The translations under genes were made by a program, and so were the position numbers. The notes under the pieces are model-generated. The model was not told where the DNA came from. It saw only the letters and a list, made by a program, of their open reading frames with translations, and did no database searches. DNA of 53,138 nucleotides from Octopus bimaculoides (taxonomy: Eukaryota), in NCBI RefSeq assembly GCF_001194135.2, contig NC_068983.1, positions 153,895,264-153,948,401 of the forward strand, in the 5' to 3' direction. Numbering within the stretch: position 1 is the first letter of the stretch; each line of letters starts with the position of its first letter. Shown here piece by piece: positions 11,944 to 23,874 of the stretch.

Positions 11944-13574
11944 CCCGTCTCTGTGAGTTGTACGAGCTTGTTTGTTTGGCTATATTGTGTATTTGTTTGT
12001 ACTACGTTTGCAGCGGTTTTTGAGTTGTGTGCCGTCAATCGGTAGTACTGAGAGATGGCAGGTGGAAGACGGGTATATTTTCACATGAGCAAGAATGAGT
12101 TGTCCTCTACGGAGGAGGAACTGGTTAAGGCAGCAAAGATGTTGGATGCATGTTTCAAAGAGAAAAGTTTTGCAGAGGCAAACGAGATGAGAAGGAAAAA
12201 ATATAAACCTGGAAAATAGGGATAGAGACAGTAGAATGGCTGAAAAGGTGAGGAACGACGTGAGGTTGTCCCTACCGCAGACAAGGATGGAGGAAATACA
12301 AAAGAAGATGGTAACTTATAACGTTTACTCAGTTGAGAAAAAGAGAATCGACCACATGGAGGAGAGAGAGATAGACAAGGCATTGAAAACAGTCTGGCCA
12401 GATATTACCTACCTGGCCAGAGGAAGAAAGTTCAGGACGATTGACGTGCATTATAAAACAGAGGAAAGAACGATAGCCCACGCTGCCAAAACGTTTCTCA
12501 ACAACACTAAGAGTAAGAGATGTTTTATATGATATATTCTACCAGTATCCGAAGTTTGAAAGTGTTTAGCTACAAAAAATGAATTTCTCAATGTGCTGTT
12601 CAAAGGGTAAAGCTCCAAGGGGGTGAAGGTGGTTCAAACAGAAGTGACGGAAGGTGCAACATGGAAGGGACAAATCGTCGAAATTACCGTCCAAGCTGAG
12701 ATGGAGGTCTACGACGTGCTACTCGAGAACCTGTGGATTGGAGATTTGCGCATGAAATTGTGGGTGGCGGGCAGGATTCCTCGCTATTTTAAATGTAGCC
12801 TGAAAGGCCACATTAGAGCGAACTGCCCTTCACTACCCAAAATGGCAAAAGAGCGACAGCCATCACCACAGGAGAGGATACAAGAAGTAGAAAAAGAAAC
12901 ACCAGTATTGGAAGATAGAGAATGGGAAAGAAAAAAAGAAAAAGAAATTAATTACTTGTGAACCCCAACCCACCCAGTGCCCACTCTCTCCCTTTTCACC
13001 ACACGCTCCCCATGCACAACCCATTCCCCTCTAACAACAAAACAGAAAAGAAATGCAAGAACGCATGATGTAGATATGGTTCCCCATCCCCCTGTTTGTT
13101 CTGTTTGGGTTCTGCATGCGGACGCGGAGGATGACATTGTAAACCGGGTGAGCGAGAGGGAGGATGTGGTTGAAGTGGATTTCTGGGGTGATGATGGTAA
13201 GACTATGATATGCCAATTGTTAAATATGGCACAAATGGAAATAGTTAAAAAGAATGATAAAGGTATTGAGTTGTGGAAGGTGATCGGAGATAGAGAGCAA
13301 TTGCCAAAACAGAATTGTAATACCAAACTAAAAAATGACTATGGTATTGAACTGCTGGATTTTAGACATATATGATTGAACGGCAAAACGGTTTCAAAGT
13401 AACCACTCGACTTCGGGGGTCGAGTGGGCATTTCGCCTCATTATATCATGTTTTTCATGATTCATTCGTTTCTTTTTATTTTGCTTCTTTCTTTATGTCT
13501 CCTTTTTATAAGTTTAGTTCCCCGATATAGTGTTTGTACCGTCTATGTTGGACCCTGGTGGGTAATAAAGAAAT
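11944..13574 (+). mobile_element. ORF1-only non-LTR retroelement 'E2' (same family as E1), inserted in a SINE
   Basis: Preceded by SINE head ...GCACGCCGGGCGAAATGCTTAGCGGTAT (to 11943) and followed by CGGTATTTCATCTGCCGTTACG (from 13575). 1631 bp, ends ...GGGTAATAAAGAAAT. No APE/RT coding. Confidence 0.85.
12055..13375 (+). pseudogene. E2 ORF1 (Gag-like, CCHC knuckle), one frameshift and four in-frame stops
   Basis: MAGGRR... start at 12055. ORFs 12236-12532, 12623-12961 and 12977-13375 share one frame. Motifs ITYLARGRKFRTIDV (E1: ATYINRGRKFGTVEV) and VAGRIPRYFKCSLKGHIRANCP. 25/74 identical, ungapped, to E1 over the RGRKF region. Confidence 0.85.
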
Positions 13575-13760
13575 CGGTATTTCATCTGCCGTTACGTTCT
13601 GAGTTCAAATTCCGCCGAGGTTGACTTTGCCTTTCATCCTTTCGGGGTCGATAAATTAAGTACCAGCTACGCACTGGGGTCGATGTAATCGACTTACTCG
13701 CTTTGTCTGTCCTTGTTTGCCCCCTCTGTGTTTAGTCCCTTGTGGGCAATAAAGAAATAA
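13575..13760 (+). mobile_element. 3' part of host SINE split by E2 (tail type 'CCCTTGTGGGCAATAAAGAAATA')
   Basis: Near-identical to 31520-31704, including B box GAGTTCAAATTC and the tail. Confidence 0.9.
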
Positions 13761-13960
13761 GAAACGTTAGCACGCCGGGCGAAATGCTTAGCGGTATTTT
13801 GTCTGCGGTTACGTTCTGAGTTCAAATTCCGCCGAGGTCGACTTTGCCTTTCATCCTTTCGGGGTCGATTAATTAAGTACCAGCTGCGTAGTGGGTCTAT
13901 CTATTCTACTGACCCCCTCCACCAAAATTTCGGGCATTGTGCCTAGTGTAGAAACGAATA
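13761..13960 (+). mobile_element. Second SINE copy in tandem (lacks first ~15 nt; alternative tail)
   Basis: GAAACGTTAGCACGCCGGGCGAAATGCTTAGCGGTAT... with an uninterrupted target site. Ends CCAAAATTTCGGGCATTGTGCCTAGTGTAGAAACGAATA, like 2388-2420. Confidence 0.85.
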
Positions 13961-16900
13961 TGAATACATCTTTCCTGATGTCGGGTGATGATTTTAAATT
14001 ACAAAAGATAAAATGAATATGTAATACATGAGGAAATGCTAAAGGTAAAGACGTTCCACTAACGTTTCTTGTTCATTTCTTTACTATTAATTTATTTTTC
14101 ATTTTCGGCTGGAGAGAAACCAGTGAAGGTTGGCAAAACTTAAATTTCTTGGTAAATGTTGTTTCGTTTGTAGATTCATGCGCATGCGATTGTCAAATCA
14201 TATTATATGCAATGAGATTAATAGCTATTCCTTTCAATGAGTGGTGAAAGAAATGTTGGCATTCGCTGTCATTGCTTCTGGCACTGAGATTGCAACTGTT
14301 TATCTAAAGATGTTCCTTTCCGCGAAACAATTGTGTATGCAATCTAAAGATAGCTTTACAGGCCGAAACATTGAAGCCACTCTCAATAATATTTTTCTTT
14401 AAGAAAAATAACTTCGTACGCTACATAAGTATAGACTAACACGTCAGATTAATTGAAAATTGTTTTTATTATACATGAAGATATATACATACATGCAGAA
14501 GTATAATCAGAAGTATGATACAGTTATCTACGAATTTGTTGTTACTGACATATTGCAACTAGTTTTGCTTAGAAAGAAAATGAAATCTCCGTATTTCTAA
14601 GGCAGACTTACTAATTTACATAATCTGTTTTTACTTTCAGCAATAAAGCTAAACGCGTTTAATACCTATTAAGAACGACTTATACACTTTTCTTAAAAAG
14701 ATTTTAATCGGTGACAAAAAGGAAATCTTCGTATATATGACGGAATTACGACTCCAGTACTTCATGCTTTTTTTGTATTCCTATGCATCCGTATCCAAGA
14801 TTCATTTTCATATAGAAGGACACGCTGCCATGAGAGAAAATCTGCATGTCCGTACAGGCTTCACGAAACAGCAGTCCATTCTCAATCAACTCACGCGCAA
14901 ATCTATTAAATCACGATAGCATATACCAAATTTGTGATGCTCATATTTGGCATGTCTCTGACCACACACCGGCTCCCTTAGGATTAAACTTACGTTTGGC
15001 AGTAACAACCAAACAAGATAAGCATGCAGCCCATCGTCTTATTTTTTCCATTGCGATATATTCGTAGCTTTACAAAACGGTACTTAGTCACCCACATATA
15101 GGCACCTACACATTGGCGCCCACGCATATAAACGCACATTCACTGAATCGATAAACTTTATTAATGTTGACCGCATTTTAATATAGCCTTCATTTCCCTT
15201 CTATAATTATGATTGCAAGAACAAATATACAATTAAAATATTGATTTTTAATTTTATTACAAGTCAATAATGTATACAAAATTTTGCACTCGATTACAAA
15301 ATTAGAATGGTACATATTTCATCAGCACCAAAATTCAAATTGATCCCGCTGAGATTTCAAATTACAATATTACATAATAGTTTTACTTTGGAACCCAGAT
15401 AATGCCAGATCAGACACTTATATCATCAACTGTATTTAAAACTACTTAATCCATATGTCCTTAATTTTTATGATGTAAGAATGTTATCTGGAGGAAAAGA
15501 GTTATAACATACGTGTTCCATTTCTGGTTCGTAAAAAGAACCTAGTCGAATGTTATAAAGAATTTTTCGTATGAGCTCATACAATTTAACACCCAACCAT
15601 ATAAAAGTAGAAAACGAGAAAGTAGAAAGAACAACATCTGTTATAAGCATATATGTCGCTTTACAATTAGAATAATATATATCATTTAACTTTGCTAGGA
15701 GATTAGGCATAATTGTATATAATCGCTGAAATTCGGAGAACTGATTGCAAGAACTTGAAAGTATATTCCTCGAAATACATTATGCATTAGCTATAAAACA
15801 AAATAGCGGAAGGGAACATGTAAAACAAATCAGCAAAGAACTATTAACAAATATGAGACACTCCCTTATACGTTATACGTTACCTAATGCATCAACACAC
15901 CATTGAAGGAATACACAAGTATACAGCATCTATCAGAATAGTCCATTTTGGTGGACAATCTATGAATGAAAAAATCCGCGCGAAATACACAAATTAAAAG
16001 TAACATACAACCAAAGATGTTTTTTAATTGCTTACTACCCTCAACTTTCACACCAAGAACATAAACCCAGTAGTCCAAAAACATAATCGCCCTAATTGCT
16101 GCACGTGCGTAAACGTCGTTGAGGCCTCAACTTATAAATACAAATCAGGACAAACCTTTATCTTAAAAATCATATTTGTGCATCCAGAAATCAAATTTAT
16201 TTTAGTAAATGCAATGGGTGTAATGAATTAACTCTCAGGAGGGGGAATGACAGTTATCAATCAACAATTACAAGATCGCAGTACCAGAAAAATGCTCGTC
16301 AGTTAACAAGTAGATCTTTGTACAGAAAAAGCTTACATCCCAAATTTTCCCTTTATGTCTATGTATTCTATACCTCAGTTTACTTCCGATTATATAAGGA
16401 AAATACATGAATTAAAACAACATAAACTAAAATTAAATAAGTTGTAACAACTCAATGCAATGACAACATGTAATAACTGAATAAACAACTGCAAGGAAAA
16501 CAATAAATATAAATCAAAATGTGAGGGAGTTTTTCCTTCTTTATGCGAAAGAGTATCTTCAGACCAGTACATAACTTCATTTTGTTCGGCGGTAGTCAAA
16601 ATTCTGAGAAAAAGGACGATGCTATTACCGAATGACCTGATTTTTTATAAACTAAGATTTATATAATCTTAACAGCACAACATCAATAAAGCTAAATGAT
16701 AAGAATCATTTACAATAAATTCAGAGATAGATATTACAACAACCATGAATATTTTGTAATATTGCAATACGACGAAGGGAAAGATTTACTATTATAATTT
16801 TCATTCACGGGCATGTTTCAGTATCATTGTATATATCGTCGCTTTTCTATAAAATATTAATCTGAACTCTTATCATCAATATTTTCCCATAGGTAAAGTT

Positions 16901-18372
16901 AATACGAATGATGTCTATGCGATTAGTTGCTTCAGAGATGAATAGTATTTTTTTTTCAATCTCTATGGCATTAGTAAGTATGATACATATGTACAGCCCT
17001 GAAATGAATATCTCCCTTGAACAAAGAGAGAAGATGCTATTATGTTAAATGTTGTAGATATATACGGAGCACCCCTATAAATTCAAAACAAAATCATTTT
17101 GAACCTAAGTTAAATAAAACATCGACCCTATATCGAAAAAGTTTATTTTAATTATTCCAAATAACCAAAACGGAAACATTTCAAGATATACTGAATATTT
17201 GTTTTCCGGATGACGTTGAGGTTTGTGATTAAATTGTCACGAAAGTCTCAACGAAAGTAATCAATCTGAGCAACGTGACTAAGAGGTAACTTATCAATAT
17301 ACTTTATACGAAATAAATTGGAGTAATAATTAGATTTTACTTTCTCTTACATACTACATTTTGCATTACTTCTCGATTCTTAACATGAATTACATACAGC
17401 CTATTCTGTTTCACTTAATACTGATGATTTCATTCTTATGCGTTATCTTCACGGTAGCTTTCAGATCAATTGATATAATTCGATTTCATATTTATTATTG
17501 TATTTATGATGTTTTCTTGTACAAATGTGAGTTGTTACCAATTTGTTTTCATTGATTTTTTTTTTTTTTTCAATAATGTAATACTTGAACCGAAACACTA
17601 GTAGTTGCTGATTGCTTTAATTGGAGTCGTATACATATATAAAGTAGTTAGGATATAGTCTGAAAATAGTTAAAAATGAATTAAAATAATTACAAACAGT
17701 AGCACCCACTTATAGTTCTTCCCCCACATGCACATATTAAGCAACCCAACTTTTAATTTAATTTGTTGATATCACAAATTAAGTACTTGAAGCAAATTTC
17801 CGGAATCAGAATCAGAAAAAAAAAAAAAAGAAAACGAAAATGAGAATTAGAAAAATAGTGAAACATAGCGAAATATTTTATATTGAATAAATATTTGGAG
17901 CGTTAAATATTAACGTTTTCTGTTTGGATGAACACCGATGTGATATATAATATATTCCATAACTGAAGGAACAGAAATTAACTAACTTTTCTGCGCAGCA
18001 AGTGCTGTAAAGCAAATAGAAAGTAAATTTCTGTGAATCGAGTTAATGATCAAATTTGTATTCTCGGTTGTAAAATACTTCTTTTCTATCTTTATAACGC
18101 TTACGACATACAGAAGAAGGTTGTGAACGTCACAATATGAATACCCTATAGAGATGAAATCCAATTCCTGTATTTACTTAATACACGTTGGGATCAAAAT
18201 AGTTTGTGTTAAAATGATTAGAAATTAATCCAAATGCCCTGTTACAATCTTTAAACCTTTTGGGTTTAAATCACGACGGAATCATAAAATTACATCTTTT
18301 TCTGGCAAATCTGTCGCCAAAGTTTGCACTAGTGAACAATCTGTATTATGATTTTCTAAACATTTCCACCTC

Positions 18373-18757
18373 TATATCATTACAGTTGTGACAATTTCTT
18401 ATAAAGAAGAATTTCTAAAGTTACTTTCATGTCAGAAAAAAAAAAAAAAAATTCATACGGAGACGCTTTTTTTCCCCACTTAATTACATGAGGTACTGTA
18501 TATTGTACTTTGATTTTCCAATACATATTTCGGACATTTTTGGAACAAGTCGCCTTATTAAAATTTGAAATTTTACATTTAAATCCTATGTGATTAGTCT
18601 TGGTGCAAATCGACTTATTAACACTTTCACTTAAATGTTTTGTCAATGTCAACATAATAACTAAGCAACCAGCTATTTACATACACACACGCGCATGTAT
18701 ATATCATTACAGTTGTGGCGATTTCAGGTAAAAAAGAATTTCTAAAGTGACTTTCAT
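18373..18757 (+). repeat. 58-bp direct repeat (18373-18430 and 18700-18757)
   Basis: TATATCATTACAGTTGTG...AAGAATTTCTAAAGT.ACTTTCAT occurs twice. Confidence 0.7.
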
Positions 18758-18930
18758 TCTTTATATTCTTCTCCGGCTTTCTGTTTGTGTAAGATATATA
18801 CCTATGAGACTGTGTGTGTGTGAGAGAAAATGTCATGTAATTTATCAATTCTCAACAGGGCATAACTACAGATTTCTGCACGCACACACCCCCACCGTTT
18901 TTAGATGGTCATAACCTTCAGAAAAACTAA

Positions 18931-20115
18931 TTTTTAATATGAATTTTCTACGAATATGCGTTATATCATGTACATTCCGAATATACAAAATTTGGTGGGG
19001 GGGGGGATGTGTTGGGAGGGTGAGGGAGGATTTTCGGAAAATTAAGCGGAGTTCACTTCAATTCACTTAATTTTCAGAAAAAATGGATATTTTTAACTGA
19101 AATTGTCTATAAATATACCCTGGACTATATGGATTCTTCGCATATAGGAATTTGGAGTGGAAAACAACTGGGGGTTATTTTTGAGAACTGTTTCCCACTC
19201 CAAAGTGTTTCGGAACAAATCGTCCGTATTTGTTACATTTTCTCTCTTTTGTGTGTTTGTGCATCCGTAGATTTCTACTGAAGCAACAAGCAATGAAGGC
19301 AAATAAAGCCCTTACCAGAAAACTCATGCTAAAAATAGCAGCTACATGTCTGGTACACAAATATATATTATTAAGACGACTTACCTGTTGCATACGATTT
19401 TTTTTCACTTTAAGTAAATTACCAAGTAAACGGTTCTAATAGAGTGGCAGAAGACACCAGAAGAAAAAATAAGGAATATACACGCACATTTAAATATAGA
19501 AGTATAAAGTATTATTTTGTTACATAATCTCTATAATAAACATGATATTGAATGGAATTCCCTGTTTGAACTTTTTTCATTATATATATATATGTGTGTG
19601 TGTGTGTGAGGACACTGAGAATAAGCATGTGTTTGTTTTTCTTATGTGTTTGTTTTTCTTCTACAGATTCTGATCATTTCTTCAGCGGAGATCATGAATA
19701 TGCAGGAAAAAATCAACTTTTAGACCTCTTAATACACCACCTCCTTAACTTTTCAATTTTTTCCCGAAGTTTTACGACTAGGGCTAGGGTTTATATACGG
19801 ATGCACAAACGTACAAAGCGGAGTAACTGAAACAAATATGGACGGCTTATTCCGCCCCCGCCCCTAGTGGGGAACAGTTCGCAAATATAACCCCTAATTG
19901 CTTTTCCCAAAAATCCTAAATCCTATCCGAGAAATATTTGTAGACAATTTCATTAAAAAATATCCATTTTCCCGAAAGTTAAGACGAATTGAAATCGACT
20001 CCGGTGAATTTTCCGAAAATCCTCCTCACCCCTCCTAAAACACTTACCCCGACAATATTGTATATTAGTAATCTACATAATATAACACATATTTGTGGAA
20101 AATTTCATTAGAAAA
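18931..20115. repeat. Long imperfect inverted repeat (~330-bp arms, ~525-bp spacer)
   Basis: 18931-19269 vs reverse complement of 19796-20115 share GAGGATTTTCGGAAAATT, AAAATGGATATTTTT, TGAAATTGTCTA and TTTGTGCATCCGTA. Confidence 0.8.
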
Positions 20116-20270
20116 TATTCAATGCTCTGAAAGTTATCATTATCCAAAGTCAGCAGTGGCAGAAAGCCTGTAGTGAGATCGTACCAAGTGTCAATGATCT
20201 CATAATGCATCTGCTCCCAAACATTGCACAAAACTTTAGCAACAGTTAATGGCTCTGTGAGCAAGCCATC

Positions 20271-20580
20271 GTAGCTGCACGTAATGACGCTATCAACAAA
20301 ACTAACTGGGAACTCTAGTAGCTCTTGCTCGGATAAGAACAGACTTTCAAATCCCTTGACATTGTCATTGATCAGGCCCAGGCTGTAGTTTTTCCAACTG
20401 AGTTCCTGAACTCTCTACAGCCATCTGGGATGCCATCTCACCACTTAACACATAACAAGGGGGCTTCAATCATGCTCCTCAGGAATCTGGATCCACGTCG
20501 TCTGTGCAACGACACCAGACTGGTGGTGAAAGCGATGCGACCCATATCCTAGAGGTGAAAATTATGACTGGGAACTATCT
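20271..20580 (+). mobile_element. Helitron Pif1-like helicase fragment
   Basis: VFPTEFLNSLQPSGMPSHHL...GASIMLLRNLDPRRLCNDTRLVV matches the FLNSLxPSGMPPHxLxLK...IMLLRNL...LCNGTRL signature. Confidence 0.85.
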
Positions 20581-20894
20581 TGTTAATTCCATATGATCTC
20601 CCCTTTGAATATAAACGGTTCCAGTTTTGGATATTTTTATTAACAGGAGGGGAGTGCCCGCATGCTGTTTCTTCTCAAATTTATGCATTTTCAGGTTCAA
20701 CATATTTCTAAGTACTAACAATTGAAGGTGATTGCAAAGCCAAAGAACTACTTGTTTTTTTTTTTAACAATTTTAACAGTGAGAACATAGGATAAAACAT
20801 GTTATTGATATTAATAGTTTCTAATTCAGGTAATTCATTTAGAGAATTCCTGTCGCTGTGGTATTACGCATCATAAGAACTGATATAAACACCA

Positions 20895-21190
20895 TCCAGA
20901 GCCAGTCACTGGGGGAGAGAATCTTACCATGGAATACATGCAAACAGGCAAATAAATAGTAACATACTAGACGTTGTCATAAAATACCTAAGAAAAAGAA
21001 CATGCCCGTTAATTGATATGACAGTGCCTACCGACAGAAACATCTTAGAAGAGGAATTTGAAAATCTGTTGAAATGTAAGGGACTTGAGATTGAGATATC
21101 TAGGATGTGGCAATTAAAAACCCATATCATCCCTATTGTTGTTCTCTGGGAATGATCAAGAAAGGTGTTGACAAGTTGTTTATGTAATCC
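20895..21190 (+). mobile_element. R4/Dong-like restriction-like endonuclease fragment
   Basis: LIDMTVPTDRNI.EEEFE.LLKCKGLEIEISRMWQLKTHIIPIVV (REL motif). Confidence 0.75.
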
Positions 21191-23194
21191 CCAAATCATT
21201 TCAATCTGTAAACAGTGTCAAATTGCTTTTAAATGTACGTAATAGCAATCACCTTTTACTGTCATTTTAACATCACACTATCATCATACAATGAACATTT
21301 TTTGAAAGCAAACTTCTAATTTAGGTATGTTTTGGCTGACAGTCTGTAGAACAATACACTGTGCAAAACCAAAAATATGACACAATAGTCATAACGCGAA
21401 CTTGAACTTACTTGTTATCTCTTGGGGTCTCTGTCTCTTGAGGTCTCTGGGCGATACTTGGAGTCAACTTGTGTAAATACAAAGCAAAATTCAAACAAAG
21501 ATGGGTAAAATGCCCGAAACTAGTACAACGCCAATACAAAAGACATCATGACAATGTGGCAAGAATGCAAGAATGATCTATTGAGGGCTCTGAGGAAATC
21601 AGAGCCTACAGTTATATCGACCCAATAGTGCATTTTATCAACATACAACAAACAGCGACGATATTGAAAAAATCGAGAAGGTTCAACTAAGAGATTAACT
21701 GGATATACGAAATCGGCAGGCCAGTTACGATTTGATTGTATTTGAATCTTTTGATTTAGAATTATCGATAAGTTACTTAAATACAGTAAATGGCAACAAC
21801 CCTATTTATCATCCAATTCTAAAACCTAAATGGCTAGTGTTGATGTTTCAAACATTTCTGGTATTATATAACAGCTACCAGTTATACAGCCCATAATCAT
21901 TTGGTCAATCACAGTTGGATGAAGATCAAAGTTGATCTTGCTTATTTTTTGTGTGATCAGAATGCAAAATCACACATTTATTTAACTAGTGATATTAGTT
22001 CTTCCCACATTAATTAGCAAATTTACATCACTCAGGTTACATTGTATTATCTATTATATAATTGACTCGAAATTATTTTGTTAAATTTACAAAGTTGAAT
22101 GTAAAACCAAACACGTTAGCATTTCAATTCAGAATGTAACGAGAAATAACTAAATACATCAGAGTGATTGCATGAACAATTAACCACTTGTGCCAATGTA
22201 CACCGTTCTATAACTATTTCTCAGATTCAGGTGAGGCAATGCATTTTCAAAATGTGCACATTATATATCGTCAACAATTGCTTTTGATTGGACTTTGTGC
22301 TAATATCTCACAGAAAGACAAACTACCTGACCAATATTTGCAGAATTCTCGCTCAAAATTTAGGTTTAGAACTAAATGCAGAAATGCATTTTCTACATTC
22401 TACAAGGAGTAACTTACCATTCCATAGCAAAGCGTCATGTATAAAAATCATAGTAATGAGATTTATCAGAGGCAAAACTGGCTCATTTATCAGAATTGTA
22501 ATTCCCAATTGACTGGTACATTACTGGTTTCCTTCCTTTACCATTCGTCAGCAGTAAACGAAACGTCTTGTTGTTTTTGCACTACGAATTTCGGGTTTAT
22601 AACTAAGTAGATATAATTTGTCTTCGTTACAGACGATTAGTTCCCAAATACAATCCTCCTGCAACTAGGAAAAGTAATATTTATATACTACAACCATCTC
22701 ATATTGGAAAGGGTTCAGTCGTTCATCTTGACTCAAGTATTTCAGAAATATTATATTAACGCCACCTCAACAATAAAGGCAAATTCAAACTCTGTGTGAT
22801 TAGAGTTAAGGTGACATAACGAGTTACCACATTGCAGGTGTTAGTTATAAAGAAAAAGATAATATTACAAATAATATCTTTTAAAAATGCGATAAAAACA
22901 ATAAGCTAAAATTGGAGGTCTCTCAATAACAGTTATATTTTTTCTGAACTATAGAATATTTTTTTCTACATTTTTGATATAATATTTTCCTTTTTACTAT
23001 TTTCCACAAACAATTTCAGGCGTTGTGAAATAAACAAATACATAAAAAATAAATTGAAATATTCCAACGAGAGGTAGAAAAAAACTAAACACTTCACCAA
23101 CATTTGTATTCTGGAATGTGTGTGAAGCAATAATAAAATGCGAAATAACAAATTACTTTCTTCCACTTAACTGAAGTTTCTTAATATATATAAC

Positions 23195-23225
<31 letters not shown>

Positions 23226-23474
23226 TACATATTTTTTTTTTACAGTACAAATTTTTCAGAGCGAATTTCAGGTTGTGTTGGTTTTATGCTTCTCAGAATG
23301 TATATATATATATATACACACTTATTTTTCATATAAACACTTGCTAACACAAAACTTAATATACTTTTCTGTTATATGTGTGTATATGTGCATCTCCACT
23401 GATATAGAAAATGAAAAAGTATATAAGTTTTGGTGAGTTAATCAGTTTCAGCTCATTCTAACGGATATGTACGA

Positions 23475-23475
23475 A

Positions 23476-23523
<48 letters not shown>

Positions 23524-23525
23524 AC

Positions 23526-23566
<41 letters not shown>

Positions 23567-23700
23567 ATATATATATATCTATCTACCTATTTATCTATCT
23601 ATCTATCTATCTATCAGTCTGTCTGCCTGTCTGTCCGTATGTCTGTCTGTCTGTCTGTCTGTATGTCTATCTATCTATCTATCTATCTATCTGTCTGTCG

Positions 23701-23752
<52 letters not shown>

Positions 23753-23790
23753 GTTTGTCTGTCTATCTATATCCATCTATCCATATGTGT
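23475..23790 (+). repeat. Compound (TCTA)n/(TCTG)n microsatellite
   Basis: Read directly. Confidence 0.95.
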
Positions 23791-23826
23791 ATATATACAT
23801 GCATATGTATAAATATAAATATATTT

Positions 23827-23874
<48 letters not shown>

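Noticed and set aside
21412-21467. Candidate isolated exon on - (AG...GTAAG, LTPSIAQRPQETETPRDN)
   Set aside because: Good splice signals but no partner exons or recognisable protein. Similar isolated candidates at 35905-35940 (+), 49417-49472 (+), 46928-46986 (-) and about 14990-15065 (-) cannot be joined into a supported gene without RNA data.
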